DNA of 63,951 nt, filler included, from Collodictyon triciliatum (taxonomy: Eukaryota): assembly GCA_043381765.1 (NCBI GenBank). It is 7 parts of 7 records of this genome, joined end to end, with 100 filler letters (N's around TTAATTAATTAA, not from the genome) between each part and the next. Parts side by side here need not be neighbours in the genome. Positions count along the whole stretch, not along the records: positions 37,256 to 46,468 come from JBHJMP010003113.1; positions 46,569 to 54,638 come from JBHJMP010003115.1; positions 54,739 to 63,951 come from JBHJMP010003116.1; 4 more parts are not named here. One strand, written 5' to 3'. Both the position numbers and the translations under genes were made by a program. Below the pieces are notes generated by a model that had not been told where the DNA came from, did not search any database, and saw nothing but the letters and a program-made list of their open reading frames with translations. Shown here piece by piece: positions 46,289 to 60,486 of this stretch. Positions within the stretch are counted from its first letter, which is position 1; every line of letters starts with the position of its first letter.

Positions 46289-46418
46289 AATAAAGCTTTA
46301 GTCATTTAGTCAATCAAATAAAAAAAAAAACAACGGCATAAAATCAATTTATGTAAAATTAAGCATCTACCGAGACTCTCAAAATGTGCGCATTGTGGCA
46401 AACAGTCACACGAAGTTG

Positions 46419-46450
<32 letters not shown>

Positions 46451-46602
46451 ATTTTTAAAAAAAAACAANNNNNNNNNNNNNNNNNNNNNNNNNNNNNNNN
46501 NNNNNNNNNNNNTTAATTAATTAANNNNNNNNNNNNNNNNNNNNNNNNNNNNNNNNNNNNNNNNNNNNGGGGGGGGGGGGTGGGGGGGTTGGCAATTAGA
46601 GA

Positions 46603-49600
46603 TTATTGTTCTATCTCTAGAGCAAGGAAGAATCTCTCGATAGGCTTTGTTTCGGTGACGACTTGGTCCGGTATCATAAGGAGCATAGACCGTGTTTGCC
46701 TTAATGTGGTTACTCTTTGCATGAGCAAGAAGCAAAAGCAAAGTAAAAGCTTTTCTCTTTTGTGGTTCTGTCACATACAAATGAAAGAAAAGAACAATTT
46801 TGATCCAACAAAGAAAATTCTATATTCTTGGAGGCTAAAAACAAACCTCTTCTCCTCAAGAAGAACACGAAACATCGGCCGGAAAAAGAAATAATAAGAC
46901 AGCATTATTACGGCGCAGGTAGCACCTGCGATACCACTTTGAACATCCTATAATAATTTGTGGCACATTAGAACCTATTTTCACAATCAATACAATAGCA
47001 TGGATTACAAGAGTAGTGTTATTGAAGGGAGTCATAGTTATAGCGGGTTCATCAGAAACCTGTATCTGATGTATGTCCCCTTGTGCGTTATTGACAAAGA
47101 TGGATATGCCCTGGAAAAGGCCTATTATTCATTTTTATTTCGAAGATAGAAAAAGGATTGATGAATAGACAAAGATTACGATGGTGGATGATTAATTTAC
47201 ATCAAATAATCCTGATTAGCTCCATACAAAGAAATATTGTTTGTGTACATTAAACTTTTATATCAAATCGTGCGGAAATATAACAACGAAATTAAACACA
47301 GGAACCTTTTCGCAACATAGTTTTGGAATTATGCCAGACTAGCAAAAAGTCATCGTTCGTCATAGACGCATCTTCATGGTTGTCGAGCAAAGAGAGCATC
47401 GATCGGCTGACTTCATTGGCAACATTTGCAAGTCCGGATCGACTTAGCTAAAATATTTAATGTACAAATGAAATAAAGGTAGGTTTTCCTCTTTTTTTTT
47501 CTTTTCATTAGTTTTTTTTTTGTTGTTTTTTGTTTTTTGGTGAAGACGAATGTGATTATTTTTTAAAAAAAAATTATAAACAGAGATAATATGTATATAT
47601 GGATTAGTCACATCATAATAAAGGTTCTCTGGTTTAGGACAGGATTTCACATCTTCCAAGTAGCATCTGTTAGGGCCAAAAAGGAGTCAAAAATCTTACT
47701 ATTGTGATACCAACTTTGGGTACATCGGTTGATTGTATGTTTGAATATGGGATATTTTAGTGTATCTAACACGAAAGCAGTATTCATTAGACTAAAACCT
47801 GTTAGAGTATAGTAATTCCACATGAGATGTTTGTCTGTCACTTCTTTGCAGAGACTTTTCTTCACACCCCTCGGATATACAGTACATCAATGTGTTGTAT
47901 TCATTCAGTTCGTGGACAAATCTGTTCATCTTCTGATTGTTCATCTTTCCTTCAGCCAACTAACGAGAAATCGATATTGATTCATAATTTTGCTACGCAG
48001 AAAAAAAAAATAGATGCTTATATAAATGATTTTTAAAGATGATATAATAGATTAAAATAATCATACCAAGAGCGTGTGATATGTAAGAGAACTAGAGAAG
48101 CTCAATAAGTAAGATGCATGATAAATCAGGGCGGTCTTCTGCTGGGATTTTTTGTTCTCTATATTCCCATACAAAGTCACTGACGCAAACCCGAGACAAA
48201 TCAACATAAGAAGAAAAATCCATTTCTTGGTTTCTTTGCGGGCGTGCAAGAGATCGGCGACTCTTCTCACGACGGACCACAGCCTCATTAAGCGACGGCT
48301 ATTTCATCAGTCATCAATCATCAATCATCAATCATCAATCATCAATCATCAAAAAATTTTAAAAAAGAAATACGGGTTAGAATACAGATATATAACTTAA
48401 ATTTGTGTCTTGTGCGATGAGGAATGGAAAAAAATATCAAACATTTGGTTGATATTTTTTCAGCTTTTAGTATTTTCGGAATATTCTTACGTTATTGGAT
48501 ACCAAGCAGGAAGAAGAAAGTTTTCACCTTGCAGGGCCTCTTCATCCTCTTCAATAGCAGGTACAATTTTCTGGTTAAGAAAGGGTGATCTTCTTAAAAT
48601 GTCTGAGATACATCATAATTATCTTGACAATTATGTTAAGAAAAAAAAAAGACAAATAAACTAAAACCACCAGTTCGGTTTATCCTCACATTATTATCTT
48701 TATTTTTTTTTAAAAAAAAATCCTTTGAAATATGGAAAAAAGGCTTTCAATATACCCATATATCGAATGCTATATTATAAGGTTTTGTAATACATTTTTA
48801 GAGCCTTTGGAGCGTTTGCTTTTAGAGTTAAAGGAACTTTGTGGGCTTCCAACTGACGAAGTCGATGCCTTTCTTTTTGATGGTGGTGCTCTGTTGCCAG
48901 AAGAGACGGAAATAGCTCCAACCCTTTCATTCAATATGAATTTCAGAAACAGAACAAAATAAGACAAGGAAAAAGGCAGAAAAAAAAAACATAACAGGAT
49001 ATGCCGAAAGCCAAGAGTTAACGCAATGCAATGTCATGCAAATACAAATAGAAATACAAATAGAAATACAAATAGAAATACAAATAGAAATACAAATAGA
49101 AATACAAATAGAAATACAAATAGAAATACAAATAGAAATACAAGTAGAAATGCAAATACAATACGAGATGCAGATTAAACCATGCTTAATACCCAATATC
49201 TTCATCAAATTCATCCACCGCGTCAAAAGTGTCAGCAGCATCGATATCAGAATCACTACTGTCGATTTGCATCTGAATCCTGTGATATCAAGTCAGTCAT
49301 AAGTGTCAATAAAGATATAACTGAGTCTAAATATCCTTTTTATTAAAATTAAAAAGAAAAAAAAGCAACCATTCAATAACGTACTTAGAGAGTGTCCGGA
49401 CCACATTCTTTGGTATAGTCAGGAAGAGATGCAGAACAGAGTGTTTCTCGAGCATCACCGCATCGAACCCAGGGCGAATTACAAAAATTCCAAGAATAAT
49501 GACAGATACGACTTGATAAGTTTATAATAATAGATGGTCAGCAAAGATCTGAAATCGAATTCTTTAAACATCTCATATCATATGATTATCATATTCAGAT

Positions 49601-51936
49601 TGTCACCAGCAACCCCAATCGCACAACTCTCTACAATGAGTATCAAATTGTAAGAGGCATCGGACTCATCATAATACGCCTGAATGATATGGTCCCATCG
49701 ATTTCCGAGAATATCAGGCCCGTTGTTGAGAATAAAGTATATGTATCTGTGGTAACAAGATTGAAAATGCTGACCGGAATTTATTCACAACGAGATAGCT
49801 GTATAAGTCGTACCTTTTCGCCAATAAGCCGTCCCAGTTATCTAATTCTGTCAAAAATCGTGCATAGAATATATATGATTTCATCGACCGAATGAATGAT
49901 GAGCGCGATACCTGGGTGCAGGGAAGGGGTGAGCCCGAACGTGAGTTAAAAAAAAAAACATAACAAAATGATGAACTAAAAAATCAACAATTTATTAAAA
50001 ATTACCTTTATTTGACCATCGGTATTCTCCAATATACCCAAATCAACATTTGTATAGAGCTATATAATAGTAATTGTTATTCGATGTATTCTTCTGTTTT
50101 CACATGATAACGCTATAGGGGTGTGTGAAGAATAAACTGGAACAACAGCTGGAGTAAATATAAACAACTATTCATCAAAGTGTGCATATAGAAGGTTATC
50201 AAAGAAAGGAGCATTAGAAACCTCCTTCAGATGTTGGCTTAAAAACGTCTCTGGTGATATTGTCTTGGCCTCGTATGGTTGAAGTAGAGAGTTGAAATTT
50301 GAATATGCTAGAGTCTGGTCATACTGAGAGAAAGAAATGGAATTAGAATAATAATCGTACTTTCACACTCATGGTCAAGTAGGGATTGAAAGAAATTCTG
50401 TAGGACTTGCAATAGGTAATTTAAAAGTATATGTACAAAAGAATGCTTTCGAAGCATACCACGTGATTGACATTCTCGTTCATGTAGAGAGACATTAGAG
50501 AGTGTTCCAGCATTATGGCATCATTTTTGAGTTGTAATAATGTTTCAATATCAATCGTTTGGTTTCTTGGTGAAGCGAACACCCTTGAAAACAATGTAGC
50601 AGGAAATTTCAGCAATTTGACATATACCATATACAATAAATAAATGTGAATCCATTACAGTAATGAACATTAAATATTTTCTTACGATAGCCCGAGGACG
50701 GACGTCTCATTTAGATGTTCAACCAAAGTGTATATAGTCCGATGAAACCCAATTGCATTTCCGCACAAAGCAACAGAGTATGATAGGACAACATGCTTTC
50801 CAGCAATCTTTTGTTTCAAAAAATGCATTAGTTGTGAGAGGCCTGAATAAAACCCACTCCCTCCCCCTCTTAAAAAAAAAAGAAAAAAGAAGGCGTAATT
50901 GATTGCAACTGAAGTGATTAGATGAATACCACATATATTGTCGTAAAGAGGGCCAATGAGATAATGATCAACATGAAGAGGGCTATTAAAATTCTTCTTT
51001 GGAGGGTTTCCATGATAGAGTCATTTTGGATTTTCCTTTGCATTTGATATCTTATCCGTTGAATTCTTCTGATTCCCGTATGAGCCCCAGACGTCAAACT
51101 ACTACTCAAATAATATATATACACATATATATCAAACAAGATGATTAATAATATGTGACAAACTAATACAAAAGCGAACCTGGTTCCCTCAGATGAATCT
51201 ATATCGCTGCTTTTATCATTAATAACTGCCTTAAGCTGCGGCTTTGGAGGAGGTGATAGCCCTCTTGCTTGCTTGGAGCTTGCTGCAGGGCTCGGAATAA
51301 TTTCAGGCGCCACGTTGCTTGGGGGCAATAAATTTTTGCTTCCTGCAATATCAAGACGACTAGACTCTCCATTTCCCAACACTTTCGATTGCTGTGTTGC
51401 TGCTCGGCTGGCGAGCTGGAATCTTGATTTGAGAAAGGGGCCTGTTTTCGTCTTTTTCCTGGCAATTCTGACAAACATATAGTAAATATTTTTTCCCTTT
51501 AAATTACATATAAAATTATTAAAACATTTGCAGGTGAAATTTTTAATAATCATAGGATAATTGATTTGTTTGGCTATGTAAACATATTGTAACCATCGCT
51601 ATTCTCTGTTGAGAGAGTTGGGAAAAAAACCTGAGACAGAATCCTGTCTCTATGACAGATACTTCTGCAAAAACAGAAATATGGCTCCCATCCCGATGGC
51701 TTGCCATCATTTTAGTTCTAGTGATACAAAAAGTGTCAATGCAGATAATCAAACCAAAAATCTATGAAAGGAAATTTTACTTAAGTCCAATAATCTTCAT
51801 CGGGTCAAAAGCATCACCATGTGGAGCAGACGATGTTTCTGGAGCTCCAACTATGAGAAAAAATTAATGGTTAATTATTCTTTTCTTTCAGCATACACCT
51901 GGTATAGATTGATTAGGATGGCGGGGTAAAATATGG

Positions 51937-51969
<33 letters not shown>

Positions 51970-54479
51970 TTGTTTTTTTTATGTTTTTTTTTTTTTTTTT
52001 TTTTTTTTTGTTAAAATGTCGATAGATAGAGTGTGTATTTGCGTGGTAAGACAGTACCTTGAATTGTATGATCGTTTATTGGCTTGCAAATTTCAAACAA
52101 ATTCTAGTATACATAAATGGAATTCAAATTGACAAAGTGTCGAAATAGAGCCAGTATCAATATTGAGTCAGATAAAAGTGGTGAATAAAATGGCTAGCCA
52201 AAGACAGATGCAACAAGAATAGTACCGTTCCCTTCAACTCATGCGATGATTTGCCAAATAAATGAGGCGTCAGGTCATTAAGTTGGATTATGATTCCGTT
52301 TGTTTCCGTTTGGATTGTAATATCAGATTCATGCACCAGAAATATTCTGTTGATAAATATTTCAATTTGATAATGTATGCATTTATTATCATAATGTATG
52401 CAATGCTAATGATAAAAATTTGACCAAACCTGATAACATATAAGCTTTCTCCACTTAGCTCCTGGTGTGATATGTCTATAGATACGTCGATTTCTTGTCC
52501 CGAGGTATCCAACGAGTGTTGAGAAAGGAATGCATTTATAGGACCCTTCCCTTTTTGAGCAGGCATGATATCGGTAAACTCTATCCCCCGAAAGCTGGAA
52601 TCATCAACATAGTAAATATTCAAGACTTGTCCCGATGAAATGCTAAACTCGAAGCATATACAAATATGATTGTGCAACGTACTCTTTCGACAAAAGCTTC
52701 ACAAATTTTGAAACAGGCTGCCCAATCATCTCTGCTGTGCTTCCAATTATATTCACGGCTCTTTATGGAAAAATAAATCATACGGGTCATGATAAGAATA
52801 AGCATTAACAAGCACATGAGATGAACTCATATTAAATATATTGTCGGAATCATACGCTTCATCATGTGACCGAATTAGACCGTCATTCCCAACCATTAAG
52901 CGACAACAAGGTATTTCTGTCTTTTTTGCAAAAGAAATTCTCGCAGAAAATGACTTCGTCCCATCAACTGTTTTGAGGGGTCAGGAATATAGTTTGGGAG
53001 ATAGGGACTTTAAATTTGGAAAATAATCATAATACTATTGCTAAATACGTATATTTTTTTTAGTACTTTCTCCCTCTGACACGAGAAGATGGACTTTAAA
53101 TCGGGCCCCATCTACGTGCTTTCCTTCAACAACCCGGCTCTGGCCAATTACATTTTTAATCCCCGTTGTCATATAGGACCTGAAAATAGATTTTTTTTTC
53201 ATTAATTTTTCTTTGGACAGCTCACCCAAATGTATGAATAATTATGGTTTATAAAATTTGTATATCTAAATGGGTAAAATTAAATTAATAGTTATATTAA
53301 AAGTCATTATGTGTAATCCAACTTACTTTAGATATGAATCATGATAATCTGAATACGGTTGGGGCATTAATGTGTTCACATTTTGACCAATTATCTCTTG
53401 TCGAGAATAGCCAAATATATGACGAATGAAATGGTTGCATGTCAAGATATGCCCGGACTCATTTATTGATACATTGACCTAAAGGTAGATAGTGAACACT
53501 CATTCAATCCAGTCTCTAGTTCATAACCTTTGGCTTATTTGATCGCATACTATTGATGGCAACATATCCGGAAAAAAAAACCTCAATATCATCCATGAAC
53601 TCTACAGTACATCGAAAATATGCCATATCTAGTAGTATGGTTATAAGTAGAACAAAAAAAAATTCCGGTCGTGGGCTTAAGATTAATCTGAATGAATTTA
53701 AATAACAAAGTATTGTAATACCGTTTTGAGTCTGGCGTACAGGGGATATAATGACTTGAACAAATGACCCATTTCCAGATTTAATAAACTATAGTAAGTT
53801 AGTTTGGATCATCAATTACTTGGGCAACACTCAATCAAATACATATTTCAAAATAACCGAAACAAAAAAAAAAGCTTGACTATTCAATACATGAAATATT
53901 TTGTTCACAAACAGTTTTAATGGTGTCCCTCCCATTTATATATCCTTCCAGATCATCAACATTGACTAAAGATTCTTCAGAAGGGTCCCCTGAGAAGAAT
54001 TTCCTTATATTATATTTGCTGATGGTTAGAAAATTATATTATAGCATTAAGGAAACATGCATATCTTCCTCTTTATTTCATACCCAAAATTTTGGCCGAC
54101 TAGCTCTCTCGATGTAAGTTCTATTTTCTTCGTCAATACCTACCAATCCAAAAAAAAAAAATTGAATTCAAAACTCATATATATATATATGTCTGCTGTA
54201 TGTCAAAATAATGCAGATTATGTATTTTAGCAAAAATATTGTAAATATAATATGTATTTTGGAATACATATGTTTTTTTTTTAAAAAAAAAACCTCATTG
54301 CAAGACAAAATTGTTCCGTCGACTGTAAAGGTTATGATACTAGAGGAATCTTCCATTTTCTCGACAATACCCACAAAAAAGACTTGGCCATTAACGTCTG
54401 TTTGATGTACAGAGAGTCTGACAGGTATCAACTCTCCTTTCTTATTCTTTGCATCTAGCAAGCGAACATTCCCCAATAC
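46603..54479 (-). CDS. TmcB/TmcC-like multi-PAS, multi-pass membrane protein, 5'-partial
   Basis: PAS repeats (LDAKNKKGELIPVRLSV; FGYSRQEIIGQNVNTLMPQPYSDYHDSYL|SYMTTGIKNVIG). TM hairpins end in IRP...EKHSVLHLFLTIPK and in FFFRPMFRVLLEEK|QTRSMLLMIPDQVV...EIEQ-TAA (46603). Confidence 0.78.
49038..49160. repeat. 12-bp tandem repeat (CAAATAGAAATA)n, intronic
   Basis: Seen directly. Confidence 0.9.
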
Positions 54480-54536
54480 CTGAACAAAGAACAAGCAGAC
54501 AAAAAAAAAATTAAAAGAAAAGGGCAGGATTGGGAC

Positions 54537-54635
<99 letters not shown>

Positions 54636-57297
54636 ATANNNNNNNNNNNNNNNNNNNNNNNNNNNNNNNNNNNNNNNNNNNNTTAATTAATTAANNNNNN
54701 NNNNNNNNNNNNNNNNNNNNNNNNNNNNNNNNNNNNNNCAAACAAACAAACAAACAAACAAACAAACAAACAAACAAACAAACAAACAAACAAACAAACA
54801 AACAAACAAACAAACAAACAAACAAACAAACAAACAGCTTGAGCGACGCACTAGATCGTTCCAATATCCCCACAGCCTAATGTTTTGCTATGTGCCGTAA
54901 TTTTATTTTATTTTATTTTTAAAAAAAGTTGGGGAAAGTGATGTATTCTTTATTAAGGGCAGGGCCAAGTTCATGCATCACGCGATTTATAATTCTGAGG
55001 ATTTGGGGATGAAACGACTTTTTTTCATTCTCCCATTCAATTCGCGACGGGATGTCTGCTTGATTCGCTAGCCTTCGTTTGCACGGACGCTACTTGTTGG
55101 CCGGGTGGCGTGGGAGTGGTCGTTTATCATGAATTGCATCCAACAGCTCGGTCTGCAGCCGGGTCTTCTGCTTGCATGTAAGACGAAACAAATCATTTGT
55201 TTGGCTCTCTTGATTGCAATAACATTTATTACAGCCTTTATGTTTCTGTTGACTGTTTCATAATTATCTCAAAAATTGATGAGTGTACAACCGTGAATGA
55301 TGCGCAATTTTAATAGGTAACTGAAAGGAGTATAGGACACGCCACTCCCTTTTTCATTTACCTCTGTCTGTCGTTACTGATCCTCAATTCTTTCATTATC
55401 TCTTTCGTATCCTTTATGTTTTAAATTCCAAAATATAACGCCCATCCCTAGCGTCATTTATTATCAATTACAAGACAAAGAATTGAATAACGAACAAATA
55501 ATAGCTCCCTATTAGTCTAATTGTAGAACTTTAACTTCAAGTTGGAATCTAATGATTTACGTCTGCTTCGTCTCTACGACGACTATCCGATTGTAGTTCG
55601 CTGCTCTGTAAAACTACATGTATCTTACTTATCATGCAGCACCTTTCCGTCGACTTGGCAATCTCTGAGACTAATTTGAGAATGAGATTGAAGTTGCAGT
55701 CCACCATACTTTGGCACTAACATCCAAACTCATTTTCGAGCAGGGCGTATTTTGAACTACCTGGCCATCTTGAATGCTTAAGAATATCTACCTACCACCT
55801 AATCTTGGCTTCTATACGCTTTGTCCCTGATTAATATATCACACATCCATTCCATGCGAGCAGACTCGTTTGTTTCCTGGATTCTATTGCCAGTCCGTGA
55901 TATTTGATTCATACGCCATATTTGGGCCATCATATTTTCTTATTTCATGTTCTATTAACTTTTTTAGTGAGACAGACAAAGAGAGTTGTCGAGTGGAATG
56001 TACCATTTTAAACGTGCGATCTTGTATATATTTGCTTGATACCCTAAATTCATTGGATGTCTAGTCTGATGTTCCAAAGCGCAAGGAGCTGAAGTAGAAG
56101 CAGGAATGACCGGCGGCCTCGGGCGCGTTCACTCAGGCTAGTTTTTTTTTTTTGAGTCTCCACTGCAGCACGCCTCAATTCGATTATACATATTTGTGGA
56201 ATATTTAATAAAAGGTGGCTAATATATTAACTGTAAGGTAAAATTCGTTCACATATCATATAACTAAATATAAGAACATATATTGTCTCGACGCATAATT
56301 ATGATCGGGAAATCCACTTGAGTTCAATCGGGGCAACGGTTTACCGCCGAGCCAAGAATTTCACTGAATGTTTGTGCGTCTTTGGTTTCTTGCATTTGTC
56401 GACTTGTGTTGAGAAGAAGCAGCTTTGAGACACAACCGTTTTCGTCTTGTAGCAATTTCGAATTTGCACCAAATATAGGTTTTTTTTACTGAAGCTCACT
56501 CCGGCTCATAGCTAGTGTTAGTGCCTTTGCAAGACGGGTTTTGTGGAGCACAGAGGCAAACATTCGAAGAAAAGGCACGATTTGGGCCGAAGGACAGACA
56601 ACGCGTTTGAAAAGCCAAGCGGAATGCTTCAAGAAGAGAAAAATAAAATAAATTGGGAATCAGAAAAACACCAACCAAATGGGTGTGGTGCTTACACGAT
56701 TAATATTTTTATTAGTTTTTTTCTTGACAGAGTGAGACTGACAAAACTTATACAAAATAATCGACTATTTTTCTTTTCAACAAAAAAAATTCCTTAAGGT
56801 CTCGGTCTTGGTGCTATAATGTAAATTATTTTTCTTTCTCCCAGCTCCACCAGACCCTGGCAAGAAAGACTGATCCATAATTTTTACAAATCGAGGATTT
56901 GCTAAATTTCAAAAAAAAAAAAAAGGGATGAGAAAAAACTAATTTCTTCCCCTATATGAAGGCAAATTCTAAAAGACCAGACCAATCCTCTAACACACAA
57001 ACACGATTCAAACTGACTGACGCACAGCAACACAAAGAGCCAAAGCATGTGTTATCCTTTCGAACCAAATAGCCGTGCATTCCGTTTACTATTCACCCCT
57101 CTTTGTCTTTGGGATGCTCGACATAGACTTACACTCACCCACTCACTCACTCAACCAACAAGCCCCCACGCAAATACGAAAAACAGCTCCATACTGCTAG
57201 CAGCCATAGATATTCTAACCAAGTTTACTCCACACACTTTCAGGGAGTTTCACAGAAACGCTCTGAAAAGTAAAAGTTAATCCAGAAGGTCCGAGTG

Positions 57298-58533
57298 ATG
57301 AAGGAAAAAAGTGCACCGAGAAGCTTATCATATGGACAGCAGTTGTCTACAATCTGGACAGCAGAGGAGGACCGCGCGCTCGCCGATGCTGTTCAAGAGG
57401 GACTTAAATGGGCTGACGTTGCTCATCGAGTCGCTGCTGTCTGCATCTCGGCCCCAAAGAACAGCAAGCAATGCTGCCAACGTTGGCTGCGTGTGCTTCA
57501 TCCGGACATTCGCAAGGTTCTTTCTCCTGATCTTTCTTCTTCCTCTCTCCCTCCATCACTTCATCTTGTACATACACTTACGAATATGACAGCCTGGGTA
57601 TCCAGTCTGTCTCTAAATTAAAAGCCCATTACAGCATTTCCACTTGCTACAGCAGGTTTTTGTTGACACAAACTGATCTACGCTTAGGGGAACTGGTCCT
57701 CTTCAGAGGACGCCCAGCTTCTGGCGGCCGTCCGTCGTCATGGAACTCATTCATGGAAGCTAGTTTGTGTTTGCATAATTGGTGTACATGTCCGTCTTTC
57801 CTCGCCAACTAATTTACACAAATTTTTTTTGTATGCATTCCTCGATCGCATGTATACCTCTTATTGAAGATCACTAGCAGACACATGCCTTAAAACTATA
57901 CGTATGATTGTAGCCAAGTGGTTTGGTAATTTTTTTTTAATTAAATCACAGATATCTGTCAGCATCCCAGGACGCACTGGCCTACAATGTCGGTCTCGTT
58001 ACTACCAGCATCACTGCCCTCTGTCAGAATCATCAGCTTCTGCAGCGTCGCTCGATCCCCATACACACCCGCCCCTGACACCGCCCCAGTCTCATCTTCA
58101 CTATGAAGCAAAGCTCCCTCCTCCTCCTTCTCTTCCTTCTCTTTCTTCATCTTATTTTACAACGAATTTATCATCACCGAATAGTTTGCTACAGTTGAGT
58201 CCTTGCGCCTATGCTGACGTTCGTATGAACATACCCCCAGAAAAGCCAAAAATGATGGCTTTGGGAACACGAGAAGGAGGACATACGGCCTACGGGTTTG
58301 TATCCAAGATACTCATAGACTCACAGACCCAAACGCACACATTTGTCGATGCGCAGACTCAAACTCAAACGCAAACTCAAACTCAAACTCAAACGCAAAC
58401 TCAAACTCAAACACGACCACAATTGCAAATTCAAGCCCATACACAAACAGAAACAGAGACATTGACGGAAACCTTGTCAGTTTTCTATGATAAGGTCCCT
58501 CAAAAAATGTCCTTGAATTGGATTCTTAACTGA
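57298..58533 (+). CDS. Two-repeat Myb transcription factor (exons 57298-57516, 57688-57762, 57952-58533)
   Basis: WTAEED...W...KQCCQRWLRVLHPDIRK|GNWSSSEDAQL...SWKL|ISVSIPGRTGLQCRSRY, followed by a Pro/Ser-rich region, a TQ repeat and C-terminal KMSLNWILN. Confidence 0.9.
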
Positions 58534-58839
58534 TTCAAATGAGGATTTATCTGTCTGCGTGACAGTCCTTGTGCTTCCTGATGTATGCGCGCATCAACAC
58601 ACCGCCTCTTCCACCTTGGTGCCTTTCTCTTACTCGTATCTAGCATTCTCCTCTTCTCCCTACCACTTCTATATATAACGAATAACCAAATCACAACCTG
58701 CCTCCACCACTATACCAAAAGATGCCTATCTCTAAGAGTAGCAAAACAAAAAAAAAAAAAACACACCTACACAAATAAATGTTAGTTGCTGAGAATGGTG
58801 ATCTGTTAAGTCACTTTTAAATAATTCTTAATGTCCACC

Positions 58840-58896
<57 letters not shown>

Positions 58897-60486
58897 AAAT
58901 GCATGAATATTTTTCCCCTTTATTCAATTCCAAATACATGAATATATTTTTTTTTCTTTAACTCGATGAGAGTGGCTCATATTGCCATGGCCTTGGCACA
59001 TACAACTCTACCTAAGCATATTTTGGATTCTCCTGGAGCACTTCCACAGCTGGATGTGTAGCTGCTCCTCTTATCTATTTTTCCATTTATTGCCTTAGGA
59101 AGCAAATGCAAGAAGATATTGCTAATAGGTAAGATAATTGCCAAAGATCCGGCGATGAAGATGATGAAGTGATTGAGGTGGGGAGCAGAATCCTTTCTTC
59201 ATATAACCCACACTGCGGCGATACGAGAGAATTCATATCCACCATTTAAGTGGTTATTCCTTGTGTAAACTAAGCTCTCGAGCATGAACTTTCGTATTGG
59301 ATTCAAACAACACTCTATGCACCGAAAAAAAAAACCCGAGTTACTCATTTATCGTTGCTGACTTTTCGGTCAGCCCTTTTCATACGTGTTTGTGTTGATG
59401 TCCCACGTGGCGACTGGGGTGGGTTTCTGTAGAGTTTGTAGAAACATCTTTCTGTATAAAATATACTAATATTTATTTTATATATCAAGTATACCAATTG
59501 AGCGTTAACTTATGCACAAAAATGCGTGTATATTATAATTTCCACATTTGATTTCACATGTCATTTAATTTCCGCACATAGAAATTTTAATTCGTTGTGC
59601 GAATAGATGGTAATCAAGTTGAGGGAGCCTCGAACGCGCAATATCCCATTTAATAAATTCCTTTTGAAAATACACAGAAATAAAGTACTATTGGGACTTT
59701 TTCCGTATGATTTTCAACCAACTCTGTCACTTTTTCAACGCTCCTACCGTGGTTCGATGCCTATGTCTCTCGCTGGGCGCTGTGTCGAATGTAGCCACAC
59801 ACCCCACCAACAAATTTCTCAACACGACAAGGCACCCAGGGAGGACAACCAAGCTTCGAACACGACAGCAGCAGATGTAGCTGGCCTCTTTCTCATTTTC
59901 CTATACCCACATCCTAGTTTCCTTTCTTCCAGCACCTTTCCTTTTGTTTTCTTTCGTTTTCCGTCGTTTTTTTTTTGTTCTCTCCCAGCCTTGCCTTTGG
60001 ATTCCCCTAGATAACCGTACTTTTTTTCTTTTTATTTTCTGATTTCGCCTTCAAAATATGTTTCACATGCATTTAATCGATGCAAGACGCTTTTCATAGG
60101 TATAAATTGATTCTATTCATTGCCAACTATCAGCCTGAATACATTTGCACCCATTTTCTTTTCCTTCTTGACATTTTTTCTTAACTTGTTTAGCCCTGTA
60201 GCAAGTTTAGTTACTAAAAGAGACTTCCTAGCTACACTGGCTCTGGCCTCGACAAAAAAAGAGTTTGTAACACTGCGTCGGAGTTAAGCAAGTTGCACCC
60301 CTCCGTTGTTTCACATATACATCCACGACTAATTCTGTATTTTTTCACTGAAAAAAATCAACATGAAACTCGTGATTTTGGGCTTAGCTTCTTGTGACTT
60401 ATTGAGTGAATAAGAAACGAACCGATAGGGGGTTTTTTTTTTTAAAGAAAGCAAGCGTCTTGTCGCTGTGCTCTGAATAAAAAACT

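Noticed and set aside
55400-56100. Possible LRR remnant on the minus strand
   Set aside because: It is too degenerate, and no motif can be supported by eye.
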